Source: an uncultured candidate division Zixibacteria bacterium | GTDB taxonomy: Bacteria; Zixibacteria; MSB-5A5; GN15; FEB-12 | Length of the DNA stretch: 64,000 nt | Assembly: GCA_963664195.1 (NCBI GenBank) | Contig: OY760907.1 | Span: 1,888,001-1,952,000 of the forward strand | Direction of reading: 5' to 3' | Part shown: piece by piece, positions 40,901 to 49,873 of the stretch | Numbering within the stretch: position 1 is the stretch's first letter | How the letters are laid out: each line of letters begins with the position of its first letter | The notes under the pieces: generated by a model | Seen by the model: the letters and a program-made list of their open reading frames with translations, nothing else | Database searches by the model: none | What the model was told of the DNA's origin: nothing | Program-made: the position numbers and the translations under genes

Positions 40901-41478
40901 CAGGCGTCATCGTTACAGGCGACCGGAGTGTATTCGTCATTCTCGTACACGAAAACTTTCGTGTCATACAACGAAGCGCAGAGATCGACGACAACCGTCA
41001 TGTCTGCGCCAGCTGCATAAGAATAGACGACGTCCGGGCTTGTGCTCGTGTAGTCACAGGCCTCGTCGTAATCATCGACGAAACCGTCAGTAGCTGCTGT
41101 TACGTTGTACGGAAGAGCCGTAATCACAAAAGGATCGGCAATTGCGTCACCTTGGACACGAGCAAAACGTACCACGTTCACGCGGCCACTCACCGGCTCT
41201 TTGACGTAGTCCGGCAGCTTGTTGGTGAGCATCATCTCAAGCTTGCTCAGCTGCGGACGACGATTACCGGCAAAAGGATCATTCGCGCTGGGCGCAATAA
41301 CCGCTTTTCCCGTAACGATGAGTTCTGGCGACCTTGAGGTCATACTGCCATCATCACCGGGAGCCGTTTGTACTTTAGCTTCTTTTGCCATCACCACTCC
41401 GGAGAGCGCAAGGCAGCAGAAAGCGAGAGCCAAAACCAGAGCAACTGACAGACGCAGGCTCATTCTAAAATTGGTCAT
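37990..41478 (-). CDS. Large secreted acidic Cys-rich repeat protein with GEVED and C-terminal dockerin domains (copy A)
   Basis: Signal peptide; repeated NDxCxxAI / DTKxxVY..CNDD beta-sandwich modules; WGEVEDY; paired GDVNxD dockerin repeats. Confidence 0.9.
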   Translation of the reverse strand: MTNFRMSLRLSVALVLALAFCCLALSGVVMAKEAKVQTAPGDDGSMTSRSPELIVTGKAVIAPSANDPFAGNRRPQLSKLEMMLTNKLPDYVKEPVSGRVNVVRFARVQGDAIADPFVITALPYNVTAATDGFVDDYDEACDYTSTSPDVVYSYAAGADMTVVVDLCASLYDTKVFVYENDEYTPVACNDDACGDDDYKSSLIVSMTAGNTYYIVVDGYGGDFGTYTLDVTEYSTIDPCGVTIPAGAVDDGDACGTDPDPNGGCNNVTPAFGYINCGDILSGTLWMDGGTRDMDWYWHTFDADTTATFTGSADIDFVLFILENPGGDCSAVAIVDAVAFTACTMGSVTADLLAGDYIFVMAGGDFYDAPCADGPYNHWCELAGVPYTPPVGPPNDECAGAIAIGDETININTTEATTSGIGTHSIGQDVWYCYTAPLTGEATFSLCGSDFDTKIAVWDGCGCPPTTELAYNDDDCYKALQSSVTVPIVSGNTYLVQVGGYSAGVGNIELVTTSNTVGPVDPGTNCANPLVINFTGTFNDVNTTCGFDDDYNATEFGDYDGGEDIIYELVIPTDMCVDVVLDPLGTTYTAIGIFSACPTGTGFLVDGISNSGSAVYGLDGVFLAAGTYYVMLDTWPSPDCIPSFDLTITEVTCPVGPANDHCDAPIEIFDGYNGVFSNAGADTDGDPDVLCDSYGDLDVQTDVWFKYTATCGPDGTVLFDLCDSPLDTKFAVYYAPGFDCSTMSILACNDDACGVSGYQSAISISGVWPGAEFIVRVGAYGGGEGDFVINVSCDVIPVPGNDNCADLETWYGGPIPTLTEGSPLNFTGTVAGATAGDCAMLGPNVWEAFTIDTCMNIEINYCGTVPSNGTFYIVMESACPCNGDQSTLVWYETTSWTDCGDDNPTVTFVEVPAGTYYYPVIYDAAAANGPYNINVIGEICPPYCGASASSAYEYISRVEFNTINNSSGADDYFDYYEDGPNQLATTLYKGVDGYDLTVESTNGYSSDQVSAFIDWNIDYVFDPLTESIAIVGNPGYGPFTGVVDCPITAVAGASCLRVRLNDGAPADPCGTTSWGEVEDYRIDIMDLPCGDVNVDAAIDMVDVNILIDYYFNDPTGAIVLLPITANGDVNGDCCVNIADIVMLAEYVADPGTAAAPICLPCTP

Positions 41479-41948
41479 AGCTTTACCTCATTATTGTTTG
41501 GACAACTAAATCTATCCACCCCCGGAAACCCGATACTCCCGTTTGAACAGGTGTCAGGCCGTTCGATACCGTTACAAGCATACCGATCTGTTAGGTCAGT
41601 AGACCGTGACTGAAGACCGTGTAATTTGCAGGATTCACCGCCAATGACAGGACTCCTACCGCAGTCGATGCTGGTTCCGCCGGTAGCTGTGGCTCCGGCA
41701 GGGAGGTTAGCGAGAGCAAAGGCCTCTCGTTGGATTACCATTTCCGTCCACCCAGCGCGTTCAACTTGATGCAACATGGTGCTCCCGAAACAATCACTCA
41801 CGCTCAGACCGGGAGCATCATTGCTCGATACCCCTGATACACCACCATGAGGCGGAGCACAGGGAGCATCAATGCCGCAGGCAGTATCATAAGAAAACCG
41901 CCCGACTCGCGCTCCCGAAAACGAATAGAGAGTTAGTCGTTTCAACAT
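41475..41948 (-). CDS. 157-aa leader ORF translationally coupled to copy A (may be constrained mainly as RNA)
   Basis: AGGAGG RBS; stop overlaps the downstream ATG (ATGA); same length and frame in copy B. Confidence 0.55.
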   Translation of the reverse strand: MLKRLTLYSFSGARVGRFSYDTACGIDAPCAPPHGGVSGVSSNDAPGLSVSDCFGSTMLHQVERAGWTEMVIQREAFALANLPAGATATGGTSIDCGRSPVIGGESCKLHGLQSRSTDLTDRYACNGIERPDTCSNGSIGFPGVDRFSCPNNNEVKL

Positions 41949-42277
41949 TCAATTCCTCCTAATCCGGAAATACCTGTCGTACTGAAAATCTGATACCGAA
42001 CGATTACCGGACCAAAGGTCATGAGGCAATCACCCGCTGTCCCCAGGTGTCTAGGGAGTTTGGAGACAGAATATTCTTCAGATCGTTTCAGCATTAGCTA
42101 TTCCCGATTGTTGGAGTGGCAGCAAGCCTCACATTGAGTCTTGCCCCGTGAAAAATCGTGTGTAAAAATGTCTTCCGAACCCAGTTCATAAGATCGTTTT
42201 GGTTCTGCTACCTCCATGAGGGGCATTGCAAGAAAAACTCACAATGTTTAATTAACAGTAAGGGCCAAAAGAAAGAA
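41479..42277 (-). ncRNA. Candidate large structured cis-leader RNA (copy A)
   Basis: Several stems preserved against copy B by compensatory or wobble substitutions; no family recognised. Confidence 0.6.
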
Positions 42278-42517
42278 TGGTGGAAAATAGGGACTGAAGA
42301 AAATCTGAAGTTGCAGAGTCCGACTTATCAAGATCACTCGGCGGAAGTCTTCGGTTTTACCCAAAGCATAACCACAAAGAGAAGCGGGGTATGTCTTACT
42401 CTAAAGCTTGCGGGTGTCGTGCGAGTTGAGAAGTCCCAGAAGATGATAAACAGCGAGTTACGAGCGAATCACTTGTTGGCTCTCGGATTCTGCCGTAACC
42501 AAACACGCTCAAATCCG

Positions 42518-42569
42518 AATATAACTGGAATCCGGTTTTTGTCAAGGCAAAATATAGGAAAAACTTTCC
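42518..42569 (-). promoter_or_regulatory. Sigma70 promoter + palindromic operator (copy A)
   Basis: TTGACA-16-TATATT; GGAAA-N3-TTTCC at 42557-42569; conserved in copy B. Confidence 0.7.
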
Positions 42570-42725
42570 GGTTGAATCGTTTTCCCGTATCACCAGTACC
42601 TCAACCGGCCCTCCCAACATCGACACGCGTGCCCGTGCAGGGGGACTGGTTGATTGTGCCCGGATAGTCTTGGAAGGTCGGAAGAGATTCTCCCCCTGTG
42701 CTCCGCCACGTGCTCCCCCCAAACG

Positions 42726-42757
42726 AAACGGCCCCCCCGACGAGTCGGGGAGGCCGT
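42726..42757 (-). terminator. Intrinsic terminator of copy B
   Basis: Same hairpin as 37921-37952 with one substitution giving a U-G pair. Confidence 0.8.
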
Positions 42758-42794
42758 AGAGTAGACTAGCTAAAGCCTATGTTGCATCATCCAG

Positions 42795-45700
42795 TTACAT
42801 GGTGCACGGCAGACAAATCGGAGCCGCAGCAGTACCAGGATCAGCAATGTATTCGGCCAGCATCACGATATCAGCGATGTTCACGCAGCAGTCGCCGTTG
42901 ACATCACCGTTAGCCGTGATCGGCAGAAGGACGATCGCACCGGTCGGATCGTTGAAGTAGTAGTCAATCAGGATGTTGACATCGACCATGTCGATAGCAG
43001 CATCAACGTTGACATCACCACAAGGCAGATCCATAATGTCTATGCGGTAGTCTTCAACTTCACCCCAATCGGTGACACCGCACGGGTCAGCCGGTGCACC
43101 GTCGTTAAGACGGACACGCAGGCAAGACGCGCCGGCAACAGCCGTGATCGGGCAATCAACAACACCGGTAAACGGACCGTAGCCCGGGTTACCGACGATA
43201 GCAATCGACTCGGTCAGCGGATCAAAGACATAGTCAATGTTCCAGTCGATGAATGCCGATACCTGGTCGGACGAGTAACCATCGGTGGACTCAACCGTCA
43301 GGTCGTAGCCGTTGACACCCTTGTACAGGGTGGTGGCGAGCTGGTTCGGACCATCTTCATAGTAATCAGCGTAATCGTCACCGGCAGAGCTGTTGTTGAT
43401 GGTGTTGAACTCAACACGAGAGATATACTCGTAGGCTGAGCTAGCACTAGCACCACAGTACGGCGGGCAGATTTCACCAATTACGTTGATGAGGTATTCA
43501 CCATTAGCAGTCGAATAGTCATAATTGACCGGGAAGTAATAAGTACCGGCAGGTACTTCAACCCAGGTACCGGTCCAGTTCTCACCGTCCGGGCAATCAT
43601 CCCAGGAGGAGGATTCGTACCAAACGAGAGTGGACTGGTCGGTATTGCACGGACATTCAGCTTCCATAACGATGTAGACCGAACCGAACGGCGGCGTGGT
43701 ACCACAGTAATTGATCTCAATGTTCATGCAGGTATCGATAGTGAAGGCTTCCCAGACGTTCGGTCCGAGCATGGAGCAATCGTCAGCAGTACAGCCTTCG
43801 TTGGTACCGGTCCAGACGATCGGGGAACCCTCGGTCAAGACCGGGAGGGCGCCACCGTAGTAGTCCAGAAGGTCGGCACAGTTGTCGTTGGCAGGGGCTT
43901 CCGGCGGGTCTTCGCAAGAAATGTTAATCACGAAGTCGCCTTCGCTACCGTTGTAACCACCTACACGGAGCAGGAACTCGGTGCCGGTCGGAACGCCGGT
44001 AATGATCGCCTGTGAACGCCAGCCGTCTACGCCGCATTCGTCGTCAACGAGAGCCAGAAGCATCATTGAGGAGCAATCAAAGCCAGGGGCGTAGTACACA
44101 CCCATTTTGGTATCCAGATCACTGTCGCAGAGATCGAAGATCACTGTGCCGGTGGCGGTACCATTACAGGTAGAGGTGTACTTGTACCAGACATCGGCCA
44201 TAACCGAGTCGTTGGCATGGGTAGCACCAGTGTTGTTAAAGACACCGTTGTAGCCGTCAAAGACTTCAATAGCGTCGGCACAATCATCGTTCGCCAGCGG
44301 ATCCGGACAGGTTACTTCGTTGATGGTCAGGTCGAAACCGTAACATTCCGGCGTGGGCCAGATGTCGACCATCAAGTAGTAGGTGCCGGCAGTCAGATTG
44401 GCGTTGAACGTGTAGGCAGTAGTCGCGGAGCTGTTGCCAACACCGGCAATCAGGCTGCCAGCAACGTTCGGGCAATCAGAGAAGATGCCAGCGCCGGACC
44501 AGGCCGTACCGAGCGGATCAACAGTAATGTCGACACACATATCGGTCGGGATGACCAGTTCGTAGACGAAATCGTCGCCACCATCATAGTAACCCATGTC
44601 GGTGTCTTCGTAATCGTCGCCGAAGCCGCAAGTGGTCTGAGCCAGGTCCTCATAGGTACCGGTGAAGTTGACCACGAGCGGGTAGTCACAATTGGTTCCC
44701 GGATCAGCCGGGCCAACCGTGTTGGAAGTGACAACCAGTTCACCGGAGCCGAAGTTGGCGCTGTAGGCACCACACTGGACCAGGTAGGTGTTGCCATTGA
44801 CAACCGGGATCGTCAGCAGAGAACGGGTCGTCTTTCCGGGACAACCATCGTCATCATAGCCGAGTTCGGTGACGGGATCGCAGGTGCAACCGTCCCAAAC
44901 GGCAATCTTGGTGTCAAAGTCGGATCCACACATATCAAACGTAGCTTCACCGTCCAAAGTGGCAGTGTAGCAGTAGAATACGTCCTTATTGATCGTGTGG
45001 GTGCCAATACCGGTTGTAGTGGCGGACTCGTTCTGGAAAGTATAGGTGCCGTCGCCAATGGCAATAGCATCTGCACAAAGGTCATTGGCCGGGACCGGCG
45101 GAGCAGGAGCTACATCACCCTCGAGGGTCATGTAGTAGTTCCACGGGCCGGTGCCGCACGGATAACCTTCGTACGCAGTGCCGCCGATGAAGAAAATGTA
45201 ATCGCCGGCCGGCAGGAGAATTTCAATAGACTGCGGGACGCAGGGTTCCAGAACCACGTAGGTTACGAGGTCCGGACCGTCTACGGCATCACAGTCATTG
45301 ACTGTCATGTCCCAGATCACCAGGTTAGCCGGGAGATCGGCTTCACCGGTGAAGGTAACCAGCGTATCGTCATCAAACGTATGCAGGTACCAGTCCAGGT
45401 CACGTGTTCCACCATCCATAAACAGCGTACCGGTAACGGTCTCGCCGCAGTTGATATCGCCGAAAGCATAGGGGTCTTCGTTGCAACCGCCGTTGAGATC
45501 GACGACGTCGCCACAATTGCCACCCTCAGCAATGGCACCGACCGGGATTACCACGCCACAAGGCGTAGCCGGAATGACTTCCGTCACGGTCAGATCATAC
45601 ACACCGTAGTCACCGTCGTAACCGTCAACCACGATGAAGTACGTGGTACCGGCGGTCAAGACAACGGACGTCAGGTGCGACTGGTAGCCCGGCGATCCAC

Positions 45701-46277
45701 AAGCATCGTCATCACAGGCGATAGCCGTAGTCTCATCAGTCTCAAACACGAACACTTTCGTGTCGTAGCCGGAGGCACAGAGATCGATATCGACGGTCAT
45801 ATCCGCCCCGGGGACGAACGAGTAGACAACGTCAGGGCTCGTGCTCGAGTAGGTACAAGCAACATCGTAATCGTCAACGAAACCATCGGTGCTGCCAGTC
45901 GTGTTGTACGGCAGGCCAGCGATCACAAACGGATCGGCAATGGCATCGCCTTGGACACGGCTGTAGCGTACGACGTTCGGTCGACCGCTGTACGAGTCTT
46001 TGTCGTATCCCGGCATTGCGTTAAGAAACAACTGTTCCTTCTTATTCAGCTGAATGCGCTGGACATCGGCGAAGGGATTCACCGAGCTCGGCGCTTCAGG
46101 GGCCTTGGCAGTTGGTGCCAGGGTCGGAGAAGTAGCAGTCATGACGCCATCAGCACCAGGAACTGTTTGTACCTTGTTTTCTTTTGCCATAATCATTCCG
46201 GAGAATGCAAGGCAGCAGAAAGCGAGAGCCAAAACCAGAGCAACTGACAAACGCAGGCTCATTCTAAAATTGGTCAT
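42795..46277 (-). CDS. Large secreted acidic Cys-rich repeat protein with GEVED and dockerin domains (copy B)
   Basis: Collinear paralogue of 37990..41478. Confidence 0.9.
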   Translation of the reverse strand: MTNFRMSLRLSVALVLALAFCCLAFSGMIMAKENKVQTVPGADGVMTATSPTLAPTAKAPEAPSSVNPFADVQRIQLNKKEQLFLNAMPGYDKDSYSGRPNVVRYSRVQGDAIADPFVIAGLPYNTTGSTDGFVDDYDVACTYSSTSPDVVYSFVPGADMTVDIDLCASGYDTKVFVFETDETTAIACDDDACGSPGYQSHLTSVVLTAGTTYFIVVDGYDGDYGVYDLTVTEVIPATPCGVVIPVGAIAEGGNCGDVVDLNGGCNEDPYAFGDINCGETVTGTLFMDGGTRDLDWYLHTFDDDTLVTFTGEADLPANLVIWDMTVNDCDAVDGPDLVTYVVLEPCVPQSIEILLPAGDYIFFIGGTAYEGYPCGTGPWNYYMTLEGDVAPAPPVPANDLCADAIAIGDGTYTFQNESATTTGIGTHTINKDVFYCYTATLDGEATFDMCGSDFDTKIAVWDGCTCDPVTELGYDDDGCPGKTTRSLLTIPVVNGNTYLVQCGAYSANFGSGELVVTSNTVGPADPGTNCDYPLVVNFTGTYEDLAQTTCGFGDDYEDTDMGYYDGGDDFVYELVIPTDMCVDITVDPLGTAWSGAGIFSDCPNVAGSLIAGVGNSSATTAYTFNANLTAGTYYLMVDIWPTPECYGFDLTINEVTCPDPLANDDCADAIEVFDGYNGVFNNTGATHANDSVMADVWYKYTSTCNGTATGTVIFDLCDSDLDTKMGVYYAPGFDCSSMMLLALVDDECGVDGWRSQAIITGVPTGTEFLLRVGGYNGSEGDFVINISCEDPPEAPANDNCADLLDYYGGALPVLTEGSPIVWTGTNEGCTADDCSMLGPNVWEAFTIDTCMNIEINYCGTTPPFGSVYIVMEAECPCNTDQSTLVWYESSSWDDCPDGENWTGTWVEVPAGTYYFPVNYDYSTANGEYLINVIGEICPPYCGASASSAYEYISRVEFNTINNSSAGDDYADYYEDGPNQLATTLYKGVNGYDLTVESTDGYSSDQVSAFIDWNIDYVFDPLTESIAIVGNPGYGPFTGVVDCPITAVAGASCLRVRLNDGAPADPCGVTDWGEVEDYRIDIMDLPCGDVNVDAAIDMVDVNILIDYYFNDPTGAIVLLPITANGDVNGDCCVNIADIVMLAEYIADPGTAAAPICLPCTM

Positions 46278-46747
46278 AGCTTTACCTCATTATTGTTTGG
46301 ACAACTAAATCTACCCGCTGGCGGAAACCCGAAACTCCCGCTTGTACAGGCGTCAGGCCGTTCAATACCACCGCAAACACTCCGATTTGTATCAAAAGCA
46401 ATCTGTAACCGAAGACCGTGCATACCGCAGGATTCACCGCCAATAACAGGACTCCTACCGCAGTCGATGCTGGTTCCGCCAGTAGCGATAGCCCTGGCGG
46501 GGAGGCTAGCGAGAGCAAGGGCCTCTCGTTGGATTACCATTTCCGTCCACCCAGCGCGTTCAACTTGACGCAGCATGGTGCTCCCGGAATAGTTGCTTGA
46601 GACAAAATCGGGAGCATGATCGCTCAACACCCCTGATACACCACCATAAGGTGGAGCACAGGGAGCATCAGTCTTGAAGGCAGTATCATAAGAAAACCGC
46701 CCGACTCGCGCTCCCGAAAACGAATAGAGAGTTAGTCGTTTCAACAT
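46274..46747 (-). CDS. 157-aa leader ORF translationally coupled to copy B
   Basis: GGAGG RBS; ATGA overlap; paralogue of 41475..41948. Confidence 0.55.
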   Translation of the reverse strand: MLKRLTLYSFSGARVGRFSYDTAFKTDAPCAPPYGGVSGVLSDHAPDFVSSNYSGSTMLRQVERAGWTEMVIQREALALASLPARAIATGGTSIDCGRSPVIGGESCGMHGLRLQIAFDTNRSVCGGIERPDACTSGSFGFPPAGRFSCPNNNEVKL

Positions 46748-47076
46748 CTATTTCCTCCGAAGCCGGAAATACCTGTCGTGCTGATGATCTGAAACCGAAC
46801 GATTACCGGACCAGAGGTCATGAGGCAATCACCCGCTGTTCCCAATTGTCTAGGGAAGATGGAAACAGAAATATCTTCAAATCGATTCAGCATTAGTTAT
46901 TCCCGATTGTTGGAGTGGCAGCAAGCCTCACAGCGAGTCTTGCTCCGAATAGTCTTGTGTAGTAAATGTCTTCTGAACCCAGTTCATTAGAGAGTTTGGT
47001 TCTGCAACCTCCATGAGGATCAACGCAAGAGAAACTCGCGATGACTTAATTAACAGTGTGGGCCAAAAGAGAGAAT
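46278..47076 (-). ncRNA. Candidate large structured cis-leader RNA (copy B)
   Basis: Covarying stems against copy A. Confidence 0.6.
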
Positions 47077-47310
47077 TGATTGGGGGACTTAAGAGAAGAC
47101 AGCGCCCGCTTGAATAACCCTGTGTCCTGATCTTCAACTGTTCGCCGGGGCTGCCCGGAAAACTACATTGAAACCACGACCAAGGCATTCGTCATGGCAA
47201 AATAACGGTTGTCCGTCCTAGTTGTCTTAACCCTAAAAAAGGAAATACACCAGTCGCAACGTCAATCAAGTAGGCTCTCAGATGCAGTTGCGACTGTTAC
47301 GCTCAAGGCC

Positions 47311-47361
47311 ATAATAACATATTCCTGTCTTTTGTCAAGAACCAAATAGGAAAATATTTCC
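47311..47361 (-). promoter_or_regulatory. Sigma70 promoter + palindromic operator (copy B)
   Basis: TTGACA-16-TATTAT with extended TG; GGAAA-N3-TTTCC at 47349-47361. Confidence 0.7.
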
Positions 47362-47464
47362 ACGCGCATCTATATTGCCGACATTATCACATTTCTGCCC
47401 TCCGGGCCTGTTTACGCCAAATCGTACTTGCGGATTGCACTTGTCGCCAGTTACTTACCCGGAT

Positions 47465-49873
47465 ATGCGTCTGGGCACCCTGGAAATAACCAACTTCAGA
47501 GTCATTCGTCATGCGACCATCGAGTTCGATGACAAGGTGACGGGGATCATCGGCCCCAATGGATCGGGGAAGTCCTCGATAATAGAAGCGATTGCCTGGG
47601 CACTCTACGGCAATCCGGTGGCCAGATCAGGCAAGGACGAGATCAAATCGACACTCGCCCGACCTTCGGAAGACTGTGGGGTTTCCCTGGAATTCGAGAT
47701 TCGGGGCGAGCAGTACCGCATATCCAGACGCCTTATCGGCAAATCTGAGCGCCCCGAAGTCAACCTGTTTCGAAACGGCAGACCCGAATCGGTCGGGGCC
47801 AGTGAAACCGGCAGACACATAGTCCGCCTGCTGGGGCTGGATTGGCGGGGTTTTCTGACCTCGTTCTTGGCTCGCCAACAGGAATTAAACGCCCTGGCCA
47901 CTTTGCGACCGGCGGAACGACGCGACCACCTTGTCGGTATGCTGGGCATTCAGCGGCTCGACAAGGCCCTCCAAAAGGTGAAGGAAGACACTCGTCTTCT
48001 GGGCCAGGAGGCGGACATGATCGAAAGACAGGTCGCGCAGACAGAGATTCTCGCCAGGCGCATCGCCGAGTTGAAAACACAGTCAGAACAGCTCATTGAG
48101 CAATGCGAAAACCTTGCGGGAGCACTGGCAATGGCAAAAGATCAGTTTGCCGGTGTCGAAACAACTTTTCGGGAGCATCAAGAGAAGCAAGCACAGTGCT
48201 CCCAACTTCAGGCCCGCATAGAAACAGCCGAGAAAACCCGACTTCACATTTCAAACCAGATTGATGCCCTGCGAAGAACCGAGGATGAACTGGTCGAGGC
48301 CGAAGGTGAGTGTGCAAACCTGTCCGAAGATTTGGTCGACTACGATAGTCTGAAGTCGGCCTTTGAAACGATGAAATCGGCAAGGCGGCAAAAGGAGCAC
48401 CGTGAGAGTCTGGAATCACAGGTGAAAGCGGCTCAGATCGAAGGCGAGCAGATTGTCCGGAAGATCGAATCGATTAGGTCGGATATGAGCTCAAACCGCA
48501 AGGCCCTCGCGGATTTGCCGCCCGATGCTGCCGTACAATACGCTACCGTCCAGCAGGCTCTCGAAAAAGCCCGCACGGATTGGTCCGACCGCAAGTCAGA
48601 GGTCAGCCTCGCGGAGCGGGAATGTAAGAGGTTGCAGGACCAGTTGAAGTCCATCGATCAGATCGGTCCGGACACGGTCTGTGATCGCTGCCACCGGCCA
48701 TTCGGTGATGATCTCCCCGGCATCCGAGAGCATCTGGCGACGGAGCTGGCGGCATCGTCATCTGTCCTGGAAGCGCACCAGAAGAAGCTTGAGGAACATC
48801 GCCTCCAGGGGGAGACGCTCCGGAAGAAATCCGACGAGTACCAGAAACAATCCCGACAGATTCAAGAACTGGGCATCCGACACGAGGCTCTGGATACAGC
48901 GCTCAAAGAAGCCAAGGGCCGGCTTCAGGCTGTCACCGACCGGATCGAGCAGCTTGAGGGTCAGTTGGAGCGCATGAACGAGGTGTCTTTTGATTCCGCT
49001 CAGTTTGAGCAGTTGCAGGCGAAACTTGAGAGACTCGACGAGACGAATCGACGGATGCTGCAGCTCAAAGGCAAACTGACCGGATTGCCGACGGTCAGAA
49101 CTGACCTCGACAAAGCACGCGGCCAGCTGACAGTTACGGAATCCGAGATGGCGGACTACGTCCGTCAGCGGGACGGTTTGGGGTTTGACTCGCAGAAATT
49201 CGAGGCAATCAAGGCTGAGTTTGCTGAAAAACAGCAGGCCTTTGACAAAGCCAGGGATTCGCACCTGTCGGTTCGCCGCGATTTCGAGCTGGCGGAGAAG
49301 GAACGTCAGATCAAGTCCGAGGAGTTGGAACGGCTGGGCGAGGCCGCCCGAGCGCTGGAGGAATGCCGTACCAGCCGGTTCTATTCGGAGAAACTGGGGC
49401 TGCTGTTTGCGGACTTTCGAAAGCATGTCATCAGTCGCATCCGCCCCAGACTGGCCGAGTTGTCCTCGGAGATCATCGTCGAGATGAGCGGAGGCAAGTA
49501 CAGTCTGGTTGAGCTTGATGAGGATTATAACCTTCGCGTGATGGATTTTGGCCAGTATTTCGGGGTGGATCGTTTCTCCGGCGGCGAAAAAGACCTCGCC
49601 TCGCTCTGCCTGAGATTGTCGATATCATTGGCCCTGACCGAGTCGGCCGGGCTGGATCGGTCGTTTGTCATCCTCGATGAAGTGTTTGGCTCACAGGACA
49701 CCAACCGTCGGGATCTTATCTTCGAGGCCTTGAGCCGACTCAAGAGCCGTTTCCCGCAGATGCTGCTCATTACCCACCTGGAAGAACTTAAGCATAAAGT
49801 GGAAACCCTGATTGAAATGATTCCCACGGCGTCCGGTTGGTCGGAAGTGAAGGTCAACGGTGAATCGGCGTAG
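47465..49873 (+). CDS. sbcC: SbcC/Rad50-like SMC ATPase
   Basis: Walker A GPNGSGKS, Q-loop, coiled coil with central CDRC zinc hook, FSGGE signature, ILDEVFGSQD Walker B/D-loop. Confidence 0.9.
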   Translation: MRLGTLEITNFRVIRHATIEFDDKVTGIIGPNGSGKSSIIEAIAWALYGNPVARSGKDEIKSTLARPSEDCGVSLEFEIRGEQYRISRRLIGKSERPEVNLFRNGRPESVGASETGRHIVRLLGLDWRGFLTSFLARQQELNALATLRPAERRDHLVGMLGIQRLDKALQKVKEDTRLLGQEADMIERQVAQTEILARRIAELKTQSEQLIEQCENLAGALAMAKDQFAGVETTFREHQEKQAQCSQLQARIETAEKTRLHISNQIDALRRTEDELVEAEGECANLSEDLVDYDSLKSAFETMKSARRQKEHRESLESQVKAAQIEGEQIVRKIESIRSDMSSNRKALADLPPDAAVQYATVQQALEKARTDWSDRKSEVSLAERECKRLQDQLKSIDQIGPDTVCDRCHRPFGDDLPGIREHLATELAASSSVLEAHQKKLEEHRLQGETLRKKSDEYQKQSRQIQELGIRHEALDTALKEAKGRLQAVTDRIEQLEGQLERMNEVSFDSAQFEQLQAKLERLDETNRRMLQLKGKLTGLPTVRTDLDKARGQLTVTESEMADYVRQRDGLGFDSQKFEAIKAEFAEKQQAFDKARDSHLSVRRDFELAEKERQIKSEELERLGEAARALEECRTSRFYSEKLGLLFADFRKHVISRIRPRLAELSSEIIVEMSGGKYSLVELDEDYNLRVMDFGQYFGVDRFSGGEKDLASLCLRLSISLALTESAGLDRSFVILDEVFGSQDTNRRDLIFEALSRLKSRFPQMLLITHLEELKHKVETLIEMIPTASGWSEVKVNGESA

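Noticed and set aside
41479..42277. Known riboswitch (c-di-GMP, cobalamin, T-box) or group I/II intron identity for the leader
   Set aside because: I could not find their consensus motifs by eye and there is no RT or endonuclease ORF; an Rfam search is needed to exclude them formally.
42107..42290. Small ORF MEVAEP... in the distal leader
   Set aside because: Frame not conserved between the two copies because of indels; better explained as non-coding RNA.
44217..46247. 676-aa plus-strand ORF (also 40585..41337, 4129..5274, 5452..6357, 28158..29072, 31364..32293)
   Set aside because: Antisense shadows of well-supported genes, explained by codon bias; no motifs of their own.
37990..46277. Diversity-generating retroelement explanation for the near-identical 3' ends
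   Set aside because: No reverse transcriptase in the window and differences are not adenine-specific.
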